Notes: a model not told the origin generated them from the letters alone. A stretch of 64,000 nt of DNA from Mytilus edulis (GCF_963676685.1 NC_092347.1:82832001-82896000), one strand, 5' to 3'; shown: positions 21,727 to 37,143, counted from the first letter of the stretch. Made by a program: numbers and translations.

Positions 21727-24689
21727 TCTATTACAAAAGTATTGCATACTAATTTTACACTCTTTCGTTTTCTATGTTGTGTTATGTGTACTATTGTTTG
21801 TCTGTTTGTCCTTTTCAGTTTTAGCCATGGCGTTGTCAGTTTATTGTAGATTTATGAGTTTGACTGTCCCTCTTGTATCTTTCGTCCCTCTTTTACAGCT
21901 GATATGATATGTTTTGATATTTCCAGACACTTTCATTTGAATTATCATTGATATGGTCATAATTGTAAATCAAACGTTTGCAAAACATTCTAAGGATGTT
22001 GTAGACAAAACGAGCAGATTTATATTTTCACACAATATAAAAATAAGAAGATGTGGTTCGATTGCCAATGAGCCAATGAAACAAATCACTACAAGCGACC
22101 AAATGCATTTGAAATTAACAACTATAGGCCACCGTACGGCCTTCAACCATGAACGAAGAATATATCATATAGTCAGCTATAAAAGGCCCCAAAATGACGA
22201 AGTATTGTTTTATAAAATCTATAACACATACAATGAAAGATAAAGATTGTCGCAGGTTCCTTAATGAATGAACAAAATATCTTTCTATGAATCAGTACCC
22301 ATCTGGGTGATATGAATATGTAAAGATTAAGTATATTACAGTAAAAGAAACATTAAAGTTAAAATATTTCATTTGCATAAATACAAATGTGATAAACCAC
22401 AAGTCAAACTATTGTTTAAACACTTTTATCAAATGGTAAGTAAATTTAAATTGATGTAACAAAGACGAAAAAGAACGAAAAAACCTTACGAAAAGCTGAA
22501 CTTAGATGATGCTTTGGGCGTGGTCATGTTTAATTATCTAACCCATAAGGTGAACGAGGTTAATATATTTATAGCTACTAGGCATTTATTTGGACGCCTG
22601 ATAAGATTTTCTCAATGTTTTCTTAGTTTGTCTGAATAATTTATGCATTTAAAAAAAAATAATGATACAATTTTTTGTATAAAAAATAAATCTTTTCTCA
22701 GCTGTTTTTACAACTTACTCGACTCACAGCATTCAGTCGGGTATCCCTGTAAATTCGTAACTGTTTAACAAAGGAGATTATACAGTACAAATTATATCTA
22801 TTAAATATGGTTAGTTATACAATACATTGATTATGACTATTTGTTTTTCAAGTCTTTATTATGTAATGTAAATACAGAAATTGTACCATCTATTGTCCGA
22901 TGTTGTTTATAGGTTAATCGTTGATCAAAATACTTCACGGATTATTAAAGAGTATATAACACATGTAATGATGATGAGAGCAGATGAATCTCAACTGAGT
23001 TTTGTTGAGTTTTGGTAATATTTCCATTGGTTTATAAGAGTCATGATTTATCCTAAAACATCAAAGATGTTTCCAGTCAGCAGACAGTACAGGGTCAAAT
23101 TTTCATAAAACACATCAAAATAGAAATATAGATCAGATTATAATTATTATAAGTCCATAAACATCAATATTTTGAAGGGAAAAAAAGCGGATGATCGAAG
23201 TTGGAAAAGAATACAATAAAGATAACTTCTTCCAAATTCATAACGTTCAAAATACTTTTTACTAATCGGATTTTAAGTTTTATACATTCGTTGTGAATTT
23301 TCCTATGGTGTCACAGGTAATCGCACCGAGCTTATTAAACTAGGAAGTCACGATTTTCGACATCTAAAGTCTTTACTACTATTCTTTTGATAGAATTTAT
23401 AAATATTGTGACGAGGACTATTCAGGAAGTGCGGTCAATTAAATGAAAAGTTTCTACATTTCGCTAGCAAAGGGTCACGATCCACTCCTCTCCTGTATGC
23501 ACAAGAGTTGCAAAAACAAACAAAGAAACTTTTGAGACATACACCATTTCAACATATCGTTTTAAAGAATTAGATAGCCGGAATAGGAGTGGTTTAAATG
23601 TCATTGTGTTTTATGCATTTCCGTGTCTTAGTGTATAAATAATTAGCGAATAGTTGCATCTTATAGTGAAATATCTCCATTTGTCTTTAGCTTTTATTAA
23701 AACAGATTTTTTTTAAAGAAGTTAAGATATTCAAATAGTTTGGCGTCGATCATCACCGAAGAGATCTTAATTGACAAATTGTGCATCCGATGCAGTAAGT
23801 TAATATTGTTGTAATGGTTGCTACATTAATTTTCATAAAACATTTGAAGGATTTTTTAAAAACTTTATGAATATTAGAGTTGTCTATCTTTGTACAAAGA
23901 CTCGTGTGATACTGTTATGGATCTTTATATTTATTAATATAACATTACGATTATGTTAAAGGCAGAAAACAAGTACACTCTAGAACATAAATGTTTTCTT
24001 AAATTTCATTATGTTCTCTATCACATGATAGAAAAATAGAAAAGTGTAAGAACAAAAAGTATGTTTGCTAAGTATTAAGAAAAAACAATAAGTGAAAATG
24101 GTTGCATGTAAAATGAAGGATTGTCAATCTTCTTCATAAAAGGGTATTAGAATGCATTGTAATGCTAATGAGAAGAAGAACATAAGCCGGATTCACGTTA
24201 AAAAAATTGTTTTGTTTATTTCAATACAGTATATAATTTATCTTCATTTGTAAATGACTATCTGATGTGTTTACTTGAATTATCTTGATTTGGTCATACT
24301 TATAATTGTTCACAAAACGTTTTTATTTTTTTTTTGAAATAGATAGATTTTCTTGCAAAGAAATATACTATATTAGCTGTAACTAGCAAAACCGTTTGGA
24401 ATGTTAGGTATGCATGCTAATCATCTTAGTACATAACTTATCTTTGTTGAATTTTTTGAATCGATGGTCACATACGGTATATTTTTTGTAGTCAAAATGC
24501 GCATAATGCATACAATTTTTTAAGCCTGGTATATATCATTTTATTATTAATTTGCCTTTTCGTGCGCTACATTAATTGAGCTATTTACAAGATTTTTGTT
24601 CATTATGGTATTTGTAATTTCAGTACTTTATTACCTCAGTTCGATAAATGTATCATGCTCTTTTACATAACACAACACATAAAGAGAAA

Positions 24690-25895
24690 ATCCCGGATAA
24701 TCATAGGTCTTTTATGTTCTTTTGGAATGTCAACCAAAGATGAAGAAACGGATCTTCCATCCTTGTATTGGATACCTCAACTACATAAGTGTCCTTCATA
24801 AAAGAGAATGACCAACGTATATACAAGCATTTTGTCTTAGGGAGGAACAAATCCTACGGTGTAAAACTTTACTATTCAAATAAAACATTTTCTGAAACTT
24901 ACATAATCAAGCTGCTTGTTTTTTTTTATTGACAACATATTTGAACCATTTTGAGAACGTTTTTTTCAACAAACTATCGACATTCCCATGGAAACAAACT
25001 GTGCTCAACTTCTCTTCTTGTCGACTTGTTTTTTTATTCTTATATTTTTAAGCTGACTTCATACAGGAACTTTTAAAGAAGAAAGAAAAGAAGTTAGCAG
25101 TATCCTTTAACTTAACTTTCCGTTATAAAGATGATGTTCTTTCACTGAATAATCAATAAGCTTGTAAATATGTTCAATGCGTCTATCCAATTGAACTTGG
25201 GATAAAAGATACTATATTTACAGTTAATTCTGGCTCAAATCTTGACTTACATCTAGAAATTTACAATTAGGGTAGGATGAAAACAAAACTTTACAACAAA
25301 AGAGAAGATTTCAGTTTCCCAATTGTGAACTTTCCATTTATATGTAGCAACATTCCAGCTCCTGCATACAGAGTATATATCTCCCAGATGGTATGATATT
25401 TCCGGGCTTGTATTTCCAATTATGATTTCTTTGATAGAGGTTTACTGGCTATAAGGAAGGTATCAAACCAAGAGTTCCAAATGATGATATTGAAATACTC
25501 CTTTCGTGAATTTTTCGGTTGCCATCATGAGTATGTTCACCGTTATGGAATATCCATTTCACAGATGATAGCGAAAATGTTCCTAATGTCGTAACTACAA
25601 TCCCGTCTTCTTGTCACGAATGTTACCTACCGAATAAGATTTGTAACCGAGTTTTGACTAACATGAGCAACACGACGGATGCCATATGTGGAGCAGGATC
25701 TGCTTACCCTTCAGGAGCACCTGATACCTTCCCAAGTATTTGGTTGCGTTCGTGTTGCTTAGTCCTTAGTTTTCTATTTTATATGTTGCGTACTATTCTT
25801 TGTCTGTTTGTCACTCGATTATTAGCCATGGCGTTGTCAGTTTATTTTCTATTAATGAATTTGAATGTTCCTCTGGTATCTTTTGCCCTTCTTTT
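24690..25895 (+). mobile_element. Degenerate Penelope-type retroelement remnant (RT pseudogene + 3' tail)
   Basis: Broken frames give LPSLYWIPQLHKCP, IPMETNCA, FRYKDDVLSLNN, LYNKREDFSFPIVNFPF. Homologous to 48360-49735 and shares its 3' tail (gccatggcgttgtcagttt...). Further tail fragments at ~26948-27330 and ~28236-28445. Confidence 0.7.
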
Positions 25896-28800
25896 AAATA
25901 ATCGGCAAAACCATTAAACGTTGTATTTAGGAGGACATGATCCTTATACCGGTATATATAATGGTACAAGAACAAGTGAAATGTTTGATATATTTTACGT
26001 TTTTTTCTAAAGAATCATGATATTAACATCAATAATTATAAAAAGAATTAACAGATGTCCATACAATGAAAATGTCACATTTATATAGTTCAACTTTCAT
26101 TATGATAAGACACTGCGTCACATAAAGGGTAACATATAGAATGAAGTCAAAATTAAGCAACATTTATCGAATGAGCACCATTCAAACGATATATAGACAA
26201 TCTCTCGTAGAAATGTTTAGACATGGAATTCGAAAAAATGTAACATTCAAGCCTATAATTTCATTAACTGGAGATTTAAACTACGATAATGTATGTTGCT
26301 ATTTGATTGATTGTTACCAAGACAAAAAAAAACTGAAGTGTTTAATGCAATAAACGATTGTCTTTTGTCGGGAAATTGCAAACAAAGACTTATTGCATAT
26401 TACCTTTTACCTTTTTTTAATACAAATTTTGTATTTCACTTTTTTACCAATTCTCAATAATTTCTTTGCATTGTACTTTTAATTTGGCGAATATTTCAAA
26501 TTGGTTTCAACTTGAAACATAGCTTCCAGCGTATTGTTTTATGGGTGTTTCTTTCATATGAAAATTATGTATGGCATGATAGTGGCTACCCTCCCAATGT
26601 TTCTATATTTTTTCTCAATGTTTTTAACTCTCTGTTACGAAAAATTTACTGATTGAACCAACAAATTTAAAGCGGTTTTCTTCTATATGTTAAAACATGT
26701 GCATTTGTGAATAGTGTACATGCGATGTTAATTTTATTTAGTCACTTTCTGTCATTTTGTTGGTCTGGTGAATGCAACGAAGACTTTTATATGAATACAA
26801 CAAGGTTTGATTGTGTATCGTTATTATGTTGTCACTGTTGTCATAGTTATCATCGCAATGTCTTTTGTCAATTTTCCATGGTGTTGTTAGATTTTATCGA
26901 CAAGCTTTGAAGGTCGTATTGGTAGTTCCCGCCTCATGGCGCCTCATCGGACGCCATCACGAGTTGGTTGACCTTTATGGAATAACCGTTTCACAGATGA
27001 TATCGGATATGTTCTTTATGTCTTAACTACAATCCATTTCCCTTTTCACCCCTTATGTGACTACCTAATTAGACTATTTACCTGGTTTGTACTAACAAGT
27101 GCAGTACGACAAGTGCCACATGTGGAGCAGGATCTGAATACCATTCCGGAGCTCCTGTGATGGCAACCGGTTTTTGGTGGGGTTCGTGTTGCTTGGTCTT
27201 CGGTTTTATACGTTTTGACTTGTGTACTATTGTTTGTTTGTTTGTCTTTTCATTTTTAGCCATGGCGTTGTCGGTTTCTTTTCGATCTGTAAGTTTGACT
27301 GTCCCTTTAGTATCTTTAGCCCTCTTTTGTACATGAAAATGTTTGTACTACAACCTTCCTTCTGAGTGGTGAATGTTTTTGGACTTGCTTATCCGTTTAT
27401 GTCTTTGATGGAAAGGCAGGTAGATTAATTTACAGCCTCGAAGAATTATTTGACATGAGGTCAAACATTTAAACTCAGTATGACCATTATTGTAACACAA
27501 ATCTTTAAAATGTATATTTAATCTTTTAAATGTACGCGTAGTTCAAACTTGTTATGTGTCCTTATGCTTTTATTATCAAACCCACAATTATTTCACCAAT
27601 CAGCCGGACTATTAGTGTATGAAATTTAGGAATTATACATTCATAAGTAAATTAGCCAAAATATGTAGGCTACTTTGACTGAAGACCATTCATAAAAAGT
27701 CTTATAAAAGTCCTTTAAAAAAATGAAAACAACACGTTTAACAATTCAATGCGTTCGAAGCGCTTTTCTGGATTTACCTTCATCAAGAACGCTAACAGCC
27801 AATTATTTGAAAGCAGAGGATGTATAAATACTGGAACAGATGAAGAGCTATACGACAAAAATACTTTAAAAATAGTTAAATCAATCTAAGGTTAAATTTG
27901 CCTTAAAAGAGGCGTAAGACAAGCCCCCGCCCCGTGAAAAAAATGTTTTACTTAAAACTTCACTCTAGGAAAATTGAAATCGGAAGGTCCAATATCAAAT
28001 AGCACAACCAATCATCAAAATCTCTTTAACATCAAACGAATGGATAGCAACTATCATACTCTTCGCACTTGGTGCAGGCATTTCCCTATGTATACATTGT
28101 GGATTAAACCTGATTTAAGTTCATGTGTTTCCCGACGTTTTATTTTCTTTCAATCGATTTATAACGCGGTATACTACTGTTGCCGTTATTTATTGGTAGC
28201 TAAATCGCTAATCATTATGGAATATCTATTTTATAAATGACGACGGATATATTCAAATTATTGTTATAACAATTTCGTCCCCTTTGTCCCTTAATGTGAC
28301 AAATCGAATTCAAATTACCAACATTTGTACTACCTGAGCAACATGAAATGTGCCACTTATGGAGCAGGATCTGCTCACCCTTCCGGAGCCCCGGATATCA
28401 CTTGTGAATTTGAATATCTATTTGGTATCTTTCGCCTATCCTTTAGAAACTGCTGACTTCAAAAGAAGATTTTTGAAGAAATTCAGTATTTCTTTGGATT
28501 ATTTTGAAAAGTACCAATACATAGCTCACAGTTAGCAAACAAATGATAACCAATACAAGACTTATCAATCTTACTGACAAATTCTAAATCTTCTTCGAGT
28601 TGTTGCCCTTAAAGGATGATTTTTAATCAATTTTGCTTTTTAAATTTTAATCTTGAAAAAATTATTACAGATAGAAAAAACACTGCTTGCATCAAAAATG
28701 ATCAGCCATTCGAAAACAAAATTGAAATTATATTTCGACGGACACTACATATTCATAATAGATAATATGATTACAATATGATTAAAAGTTTGAAAGAAAG

Positions 28801-29049
28801 ATTTCAAAAAGACTTTTAAAAAGTTCAAATGTCCAAATGGAGTACGAAAATAAAGAGCATTTGGGACCCGGTTTCCATTTTTTTTTGTCGAGATACAGTT
28901 AATGTTAATCATGGTGTAGAAATCCAACAGTTAATTTATGACAATATCAAGGATAGGGAAATGATCATTCGTTTCAACACAGATGTGCAATATAACTGAC
29001 GCCTCAAAGAACTACTAAACAAAAATTTAAGATTTATTTTTGTCTAATA

Positions 29050-29985
29050 AAATTGAGAAAGGAAATGGGGAATGTGTCAAAGCGACAACAACCCGACCAT
29101 AGAGCAGACAACAGCCGAAGGCCACCAATGAGTCTTCAATGTAGCGAGAAACTCCCGCACCCGGAGGCGTCCTTCAGCTGGCCCCTTAAAAATATGTATA
29201 CTAGTTCAGTGATAATGGACGTCATACTAAACTCCGAATTATACACAAGAAAATAAAATAAAAATCACAAGACTAACAAAGGCCAGAGGCTCCTGACTTG
29301 GGACAGGTGCAAAATTGCGGCGGGGTTAAACATGTTTATGAGATCTCAACCCTCCCTCTATACATCTAGCCAATGTAGAAAAGTAAACGCATAACAATAC
29401 GCACATTAAAATTCAGTTCAAGAGAAGTCCGAGTCCGATGTCAGAAGATGTAACAAAAGAAAATAAACAAAATGACAATAATACATAAATAACAACAGAC
29501 CACTAGCAGTTAACTGACATGCCAGCTCCAGACCTCAACCAAACTGATTAAAAGATTATATCTTCATCATATGAATATCAGTCACAATCCCTCCCGTTAG
29601 GGGTTTAGTATCATACTATCATAAAATATACGAGAAGAACATAACCCATGTCATGCCAACAACTGTTTTTTTTTTAACAAATGTGTTTAGTTTCGATGCA
29701 AAGACCCTATAAGTGAATCAATATTAAAGCCAAAATATGCAATCTTTAATGATCTGATAACAGTTTCGTAACTATATCCCATCTTAATAAGCTTGTTTAA
29801 AGGTTTTGTGAGTTTTTGAGGTGAATACTGCTTTGTAAAGAATATTACCATAAAAGATTGGATGTGAAATACCTGAACGTATAAGATGTCTGCATGTTGA
29901 GTTATATTTACGAATTATTTCCTTACACAGATGATAAAATTTAGTAAATGTTTTGACTAGTTTGTGATATCGAAAACCCTTCATC
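29050..29985 (-). mobile_element. 3' fragment of a second non-LTR (Penelope-like) family; its terminal ~200-300 bp recur at 1606-1800 and 58433-58730
   Basis: Shared motif aaaattgagaa(t/a)ggaaatggggaatgtgtcaaa...cagctggcccct. Residual ORF end KGFRYHKLVKTFTKFYH on the - strand. Confidence 0.6.
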
Positions 29986-30920
29986 AGGGTAAATAATCGC
30001 TGTGAATATATCTAGATATTATGGTAACCATGCAAAATCATAACTATCCAAATATTTTAAAATTTTATTCGAAAAGGGATACCCGTAATAGTTAATCAGC
30101 ATTTGCTAGCATCAACACATCACATCATACTCTGCAATGAAATAAAAGGCAAAATTATTATCACCATCATCATAACTACAATGATTGCGTTATATAATTA
30201 TCAAAAGTACCAGGATTATAATTTAGTACGCCAGACGCGCGTTTCTTTTTCATAAGACTCACCAGTGACGCTCAAATCAAAATAGTTATAAAGCAAAAAA
30301 AGTTCAAAGTTGAAGAGCATTGTGGACCCAAAATTCCAAAACGTTGTGCCAAATACGGTTAAGTTAATCTATGCCTGGAGTAAGAACATCCTTAGTTATA
30401 TAATGGTAAACAAAGAATTGTAACTATTAAACACTATTTTAAACAAAACAAAAACATGGAAACAAAATGCTATTTTTTACAAGTTAGTTTAAAACTGCCA
30501 GCAATTCTGCATAGTGTTTACCCTTTTTTATTGATTTTGTGTGAGGTATCAAGTAAGCCGTTATTTCAGAATATAGTGTTTTTCAATCAAATTGCAAGAT
30601 TTAAACATCGGTAAACTACTTTTGCCTAATAACATTAATGGTACCATTTTTATTTTGCAACTGATGCACATTTCGATAAAAAATAAACAATATTATTTTT
30701 TTTTGTGATGCTCATGTCAAAACATCTTAAAATAAAATCCAAATCTTATTTCAGATAAAAAGAGCTAATATTCGAAACGGAAAAACAAGTTTATCCAATA
30801 CCGGTGGAGGAATCAGAGCTTTGCATGATGGAAATATATATTATATATATTTTGAAATGATTTGTTTAATTTTGTTAAAGCATATTTTAATAACAAAGAA
30901 TTCTGACTAAATTTACTTAC

Positions 30921-33900
30921 ACAACTGGCTGGTAAATTAAATACAGATTGATCAGTCGCAACTGCTTCAATTCCCATATACTGTATTCCCATTTTAACGG
31001 ATTCTATATAAAAAACAACGATAAAACGGTTACAGTGAGACAAGTCAATGACGTCATTTATACAAATTTATGTAACAATTTTGAGAAATATAGATAATTG
31101 GTAAAGCTCATTATTCTGAATAGTTTGCTCCTTTTAGATTTACTCTATTTTTATCGTTTCAAAAAAAAATAGACAAAAAATGGATTTTACCCCTATGTTC
31201 TGGTTGGCAGGCAGGGTCATTAGACACATTTTGTTAATCTACTACCCTAATGATAGTTTTGGACAAGTTTGGTTTTTATCTCAGCAGTTTCAAGGGATAG
31301 ATTTTGTAAAAAGATTACAAAAATTTACAAAAATTGTTAGAAATCAACAATAAAGGGCAGTAACTCCTTAAAGTTGAATTTCTAGTACATCTCAATTTAC
31401 TGAACAATATTGCTGTTTACAGTTTTTCTCTATCTATAATAATATTCAGGAAAATAGCCAAAAACTGCAAAATTTCCTTAACATTGCCAATTCAGGGGCA
31501 ACAACCCAACTACCGATTTTTTTATTTGTCTTAAAATTTCAGGACAGAGAGATCTTAAATTGATGAACTTTTTTATCTGTCAGATTTGCTCTAAATGCTT
31601 CAGTTTCAGAGTTTAAATTCACTATGCATTTTTACCCCTGTAATCGTTTTGTAGCCATGGTGGCCATCTTGGTTATCGGGCTAGGTCATCAAACACATTT
31701 TAAAAACAATTAGATACCCCAATGATGATTGTGGCCCATTAATTTCAGAGGAGAAGATTTTTATAAAAGTTAACAGACGACGACGAACGACGACGGATCA
31801 CGAACGCCAAGTGATGAGGAAAGCTCTTTTGGCCCTGAGGGCCAGGTTAGCTTAAAACTAAAAAAAACACGTATCTAAAACTAATATATCAATAAAGAAA
31901 ATATCAAACAACTAATAAATTTAGTGTAAAGACACCATTAACAGTAAAAAACACCTACATAACATTGTGTTAGATAGGTGTGTAGATTGTTTTGATATTA
32001 ATCAAGCCGAGGCTTTCCCATGTGAATTGTTTTACAATTTGTCTTTTCAGCACCGTTGGTTGCTTGCACCCTTTTTGTTTGAACTATTTAGCATTTCGTA
32101 TGATGGGTAGTGGATTTATTAGCTGAAATAAAAGTATGCGACTCTTTAAAGGTTGTAAATACCTCCTTTTCTGTTCATTCCTGCACCCTCGTAAAAAATT
32201 GGAACACAGCCATCATCTGCAACAGTCAGGTAAACCAACATTTGTTCATCTTCAAATCTATACATTGTTGTTTTCACCTTAGCTGCTCCAGCACCCATGT
32301 ACGACTGATTCATTACAGTTGCATTAGCTGGAATAAAAATAAATAACTGCTACAATCGTTTTTTAAAAACTGGAATCCAAACTTTCAGTTCATAATCTTT
32401 ATGATATTGTTATGGGCAGAAAAGAAAAATGCTGATAAGTATTATACTACAATCACAAATAACTCAACTTTAAATGTCTTTCTCTTAAAAATGAAAATTA
32501 TACATTTTCTGCCTGATGTTCTGCCTCTGAAGCACTTTGATGAATTTATCCTCATCAGTTAAGCACAGCCAAACATTTGAAAGCCAGGAATGCGTAAACG
32601 CCCTGCCACTTTGAGATGAGATTTAATACCAAAAAGGACTTTAACGTATACGTAATATCAAAATTTATCCAAAGGTCAACTTTGCTTAAAGGGAGTCGAC
32701 AGCTTTTTTTTTTTAATATTTTGTGATGCAAATTACTTACTAAAAGAAAGATACAATAAGAATGCAGTCTTATTCTCATTTTTACCTTCAATTGATTTTA
32801 TATGTATGATCTAAAGCTTATATGCTAATCAAACGCAGGAGTCTCGTTCAGAGCGTTTAAGCGTTGAGGTATTATTGACCAAGAGAAGGACATTGAATCA
32901 AAGTACTACACAGTAAAAACTTCATGTTAACTGTGTTTACATATTTCTATTTATTTCTTGTATTTCTCTGTTTGAATATTGTATGATGAATGCATATAGG
33001 AATACGGAGATATTACTATTTTGGTAATATTTTGTTAATAATTTGATAGTGTTAGAGCTAGCAACTAAAACTATCTTTTTTGTAACTTACTTGGTATGCA
33101 GCCTGGTTCCGTGGTTGTGATATTCATCTTCGTACATTTGTTATCCCGGACTATGTATTCCATACCCTGCACAATTAAATAGAAAGATCAATATCACAAA
33201 AAACAACACAATTGTAATGCTTCATCAAAGGAGAAAAGCTATTAATAGAGCATTTGCATAATTCACGTATCAGGATACGTGCACAGATCGACGAATACGT
33301 ATCGAAAAGATTTGTTTACAATAATGATTTTACCCCGATCTCAAATAAAATTTAATGCATTATATAATATTTTCATCGGGACCAACTTGACTTAATTTAT
33401 CCTTTCCTCATATACGTGTTATACGATACGTCGATACGGATACGCCAGCAAATTCGTGATTAATGCAAATGCTCTAATGATCAGAATTTCGCCATTAAAA
33501 GTATATTCGGTCTATAATTTTAAAACATTAAAGAAGATAATAATATAACTTCACATTCCAGGCATATTTTGCACCTGTCCTAAGTCAGAATCTGATGTAC
33601 AGTAGTTGTCGTTTGTTTATGTAATATATACGTGTTTCTCGTTTCTCGTTTTGTTTATATAGATTAGACCGTTGGTTTTCCCGTTTGAATGGTTTTACAC
33701 TAGTAATTTTGGGGCCCTTTATAGCTTGTTGTTCGGTGTGAGCTAAGGCTCCGTGTTGAAGGCCGTACTTTAACCTATAATGGTTTACTTTTTAAATTGT
33801 TATTTGTATGGAGAGTTGTCTCATTGGCACTCACACCACATCTTCCTATATCTATATATGTCTTATATTATGTATTATGTATAGTAATGACTTTTTAATT

Positions 33901-34996
33901 TTTTTTTCGATAGGTACGTTTTTTTAGGTAAGCTTGTATTACGCTTTTAATAAAATAAAACTGTTTGTTTGTTTTGAGATTGTGACACAGTGATTACTGC
34001 GTTATCCATAGTTTGACTATTTAACCTATTATGTCTGTTTTGTTCACGCATCGTTGTAAATATAATGGAATTCGATGAGACTGTCATACAAGTGAGAGGT
34101 TTAGCGGTAAAAAACAAGTTCAATCCACCATTTTCTACATTTGAAAATGCATGTACCAAGTCAGGAATATGACAGTTGTTGTACATTCGTTTGATGTGTT
34201 TTATCATATGATTTTGCTATTTGATTCGGGACCTTCCCTTTTTCAATTTTCCTCGCAGTATTTTTGTGATTTTACTTTTTTTTTTACAAATACAAATGAT
34301 GAAATTAATTTGAAGTTAAAAAAGCTACATACTAATATTTAGATTGTTTTCAGGTGTTGACATTTTATGAATAAGAATTCATTTCAGTACTTACCGTATT
34401 ATAGTCTAGTAAAGCTGTCTGGTGAAATTCAGGTCCACCGTCAACACTTAATGTTTGATTTGTAACCAACTTCCTAACTGTTTGATCGTAAATCAGACCT
34501 TCCGACATCTTCAATAAAAGACACAAACTTAGTAAGAGAATAATTATACAGTTGGACTAGTATTGCAAACTGTAATATACACATAACATGAACGGTGTTC
34601 TGATATGAAATTGGGATGCATCTTCGTTTTCCTAAAGTTTTCTAAAAGGGGTATTTTTGGGGGGGTTATAATATGATTTTTTTTTTCTATCATTAATGAA
34701 AATGAAAAAGAGAAAAAATAATTCGCTTTTAGAAGTAAGAATCGTTCAATTTTGTTAAAATAAGCGACCTCATTGGAATCCATATTCATGTGAACTTTTG
34801 CTAGAGATGGATTAGTATTTTGTTCAGTATTTTAATATTTGTTAGTGCGGAAAGCATTATTTACCTCACTCCGGTGACCTATTCCATCAGCACCCCGCAT
34901 GGAGTAATCGACGAACACCATACCTCTCCATTGTTTTGGAGGGCAGCAACCCAATATAAATGCTGGTAATAAAACAAGTGTAACAAATCGAGTCAT
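30921..34996 (-). CDS. Ependymin-related protein, paralog 3 (exons 1-5; short terminal exon uncertain)
   Basis: Exons 34996-34865 (MTRFVTLVLLPAFILG then CCPPKQWRG), 34508-34395, 33166-33091 (GMEYIVRDNKCTKMNITTTEPGCIP), 32327-32163 (VADDGCVP) and 31003-30921 (SVFNLPASC|gtaagt). Candidate last exon 30131-30120 (SMM*). Confidence 0.9.
31170..31857 (-). mobile_element. Degraded Helentron-type non-autonomous element in intron 4 of EPDR paralog 3
   Basis: Reverse-complement similarity to 59511-61370, including the gacgacgacg microsatellite and the ggccctgagggccagg end. Confidence 0.7.
33246..33476. mobile_element. Small MITE in intron 2 of EPDR paralog 3
   Basis: TIRs TAGAGCATTTGCATAATTCACG / CGTGATTAATGCAAATGCTCTA. 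Confidence 0.65.
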
Positions 34997-37143
34997 TTTC
35001 TAATCTTTGATTTTACAACTGAGAATATTGATATATTTACACAGGTACTTATGCGGAATTGACACCTGATAATTATACAGAAATTCCCATTGTTATATAA
35101 ATTTACATCTGGTACATGTATGATAAGGCATACGTTCTTATAATAACAGTGAATGACGTCTTAACTGTCAATTACACTTATGTCTCGAAAGTTAGAAAAC
35201 TGACTTGTCCTCACTAATCATTTCTTTAATTTACAATAAAAAAGAGGAAAGAGAAATCAGATGGACATATAACAAAACAAAACTAATGCAAAATTTATTA
35301 ATGTTATTATTAAGTCAATTCACAATGCGTTAATTATTGTTTTTCGACACTGTTCTGTCCCATTTGTGTCCTTTTTTGACGATATAACTCTGTGCCGGAT
35401 CTAAAATGTTGTGATATCAAGAAATATATGTATTCTGTTGGGCATAATTTGTGAAAAATATTTACGAACATCTTTTTATTTTTCGTATATTCTCAAAATA
35501 AGTAGATGTGATATGATCTCTTCGCAAACAAAAACCTCTCAAAGCTACATGTATGAGGATGAAAAACTGAAATCGACGTTATACAAGTTTTATCGTCAGC
35601 TTTACGAAAAGGTTGACCAATACGGTCTGTCGGTGTCATAGATCTTCAGTATAATCGTACGATCTGTAACTTGAACGATTATGTCCTTTTCCCGGTTATT
35701 GTCAACTGACTAATTGTGTATTGGCATGGCGGGTGATGCATTTATAGCTAAAGACGCTTACCCTGTTAAAGCACACATTGTCAATCTCTCTCTCTTCGAA
35801 ATTCATACGATTTTCTGAACTACTTCTTCCTACGTCGAGTATTCGAAGATCGAAGCTGTGTGTCTTTTGTGTGTATGTTATTGGTACGTTTGTGCTACGT
35901 TCCAATCTTAATAGTCGATCGATTTTTTTTTTGACAAACTACTGTTGTTTTCTATAAAATGCGTTGCTAGTTATATCAAGTTATTAGACATCACGCAATA
36001 TCAAATTGGTAATTGACACTTATCTAATATATTCATTTAGGGAATTTAAATAAATAAACGACACACTTGAACAAAAAATTAAATATCTTTTATTAGAAAC
36101 TGACTGAAAACATATTTTGAAAATGTGATGCGCAAGTTTAAGATCAAACAGGTGGGATTCTAATCATCTTCGATAGCCAAGGGTTACGATCCACTCCCTT
36201 CCTCTGATGAGTGGACCGTAACCCTTGTTAAACGAGTCCGAATCTGCTTTGACATTCCGATTATAAGTTTTTAATATTTTACCATTCTAGACCAAAGGAG
36301 GTGGCATGGCATGTATTGCTAGATGTGTATTATCATCGGTTCTTACCCAAAATAACTTTAGTTCAATTTAGTCAATGTTCCCAAAACCACCTAAGATCTA
36401 AATATGTACAAGTTGTGTGTGTTTAACAAACCAATACCGTGTAGTCGTCAGCAATGAACTGGGTTTTGTTATAGTTTGTAGGTTTTGTGTTAAAAGAGGA
36501 ATCGGATGTTTGGTTTTCATGTAGTCTGTTATACTGTCGGAAGATTTTGGTGATTCCTGTGTTTTTTCTTTTTATCTATTATTGACTAGAAAATCAAACA
36601 ATAGTGGTGAAACTAAACTCATTTAAAATTAAATATTCTCCATTTTAAATTGATCGACTACGTTGATTTCAATTGTAGATTGCTAGTCAAGGGAAACAAC
36701 TCCTATAAAGGAACGAGTTTATTCCTGCCTATAGAAAGGATGTTAATAATCAAGGTGTATTAGTCAATCAAATTATTTACCTTTGTTTCACTTTCAATGT
36801 TGACCTTTTTCCTTTAAATAACCAATCATGCACACTTCATACGTTATTCATCTCTAAGTGAGGTGTTAAATTGAAGTTCACATGGATACGGATTCAATGA
36901 GGTTGTATTATTCACTTGAAAGTGAATAATAAATCATCAATGGTTGTAAGCTTAATTTGACAAAATTAAACCATTCTGGCTTCTAAAAGCGTGCGATGAT
37001 TTCACTATTTCAATTTCTTAATGATTGAACAAAAAATTATAAAAATGAAATTTGAAACTCACGTACATACATATAAAATCTAAAGATCTTTCAAGCCTCA
37101 CATTTTTGAATAATTATCAAAGGTACCAGGATTATAATTTAGT

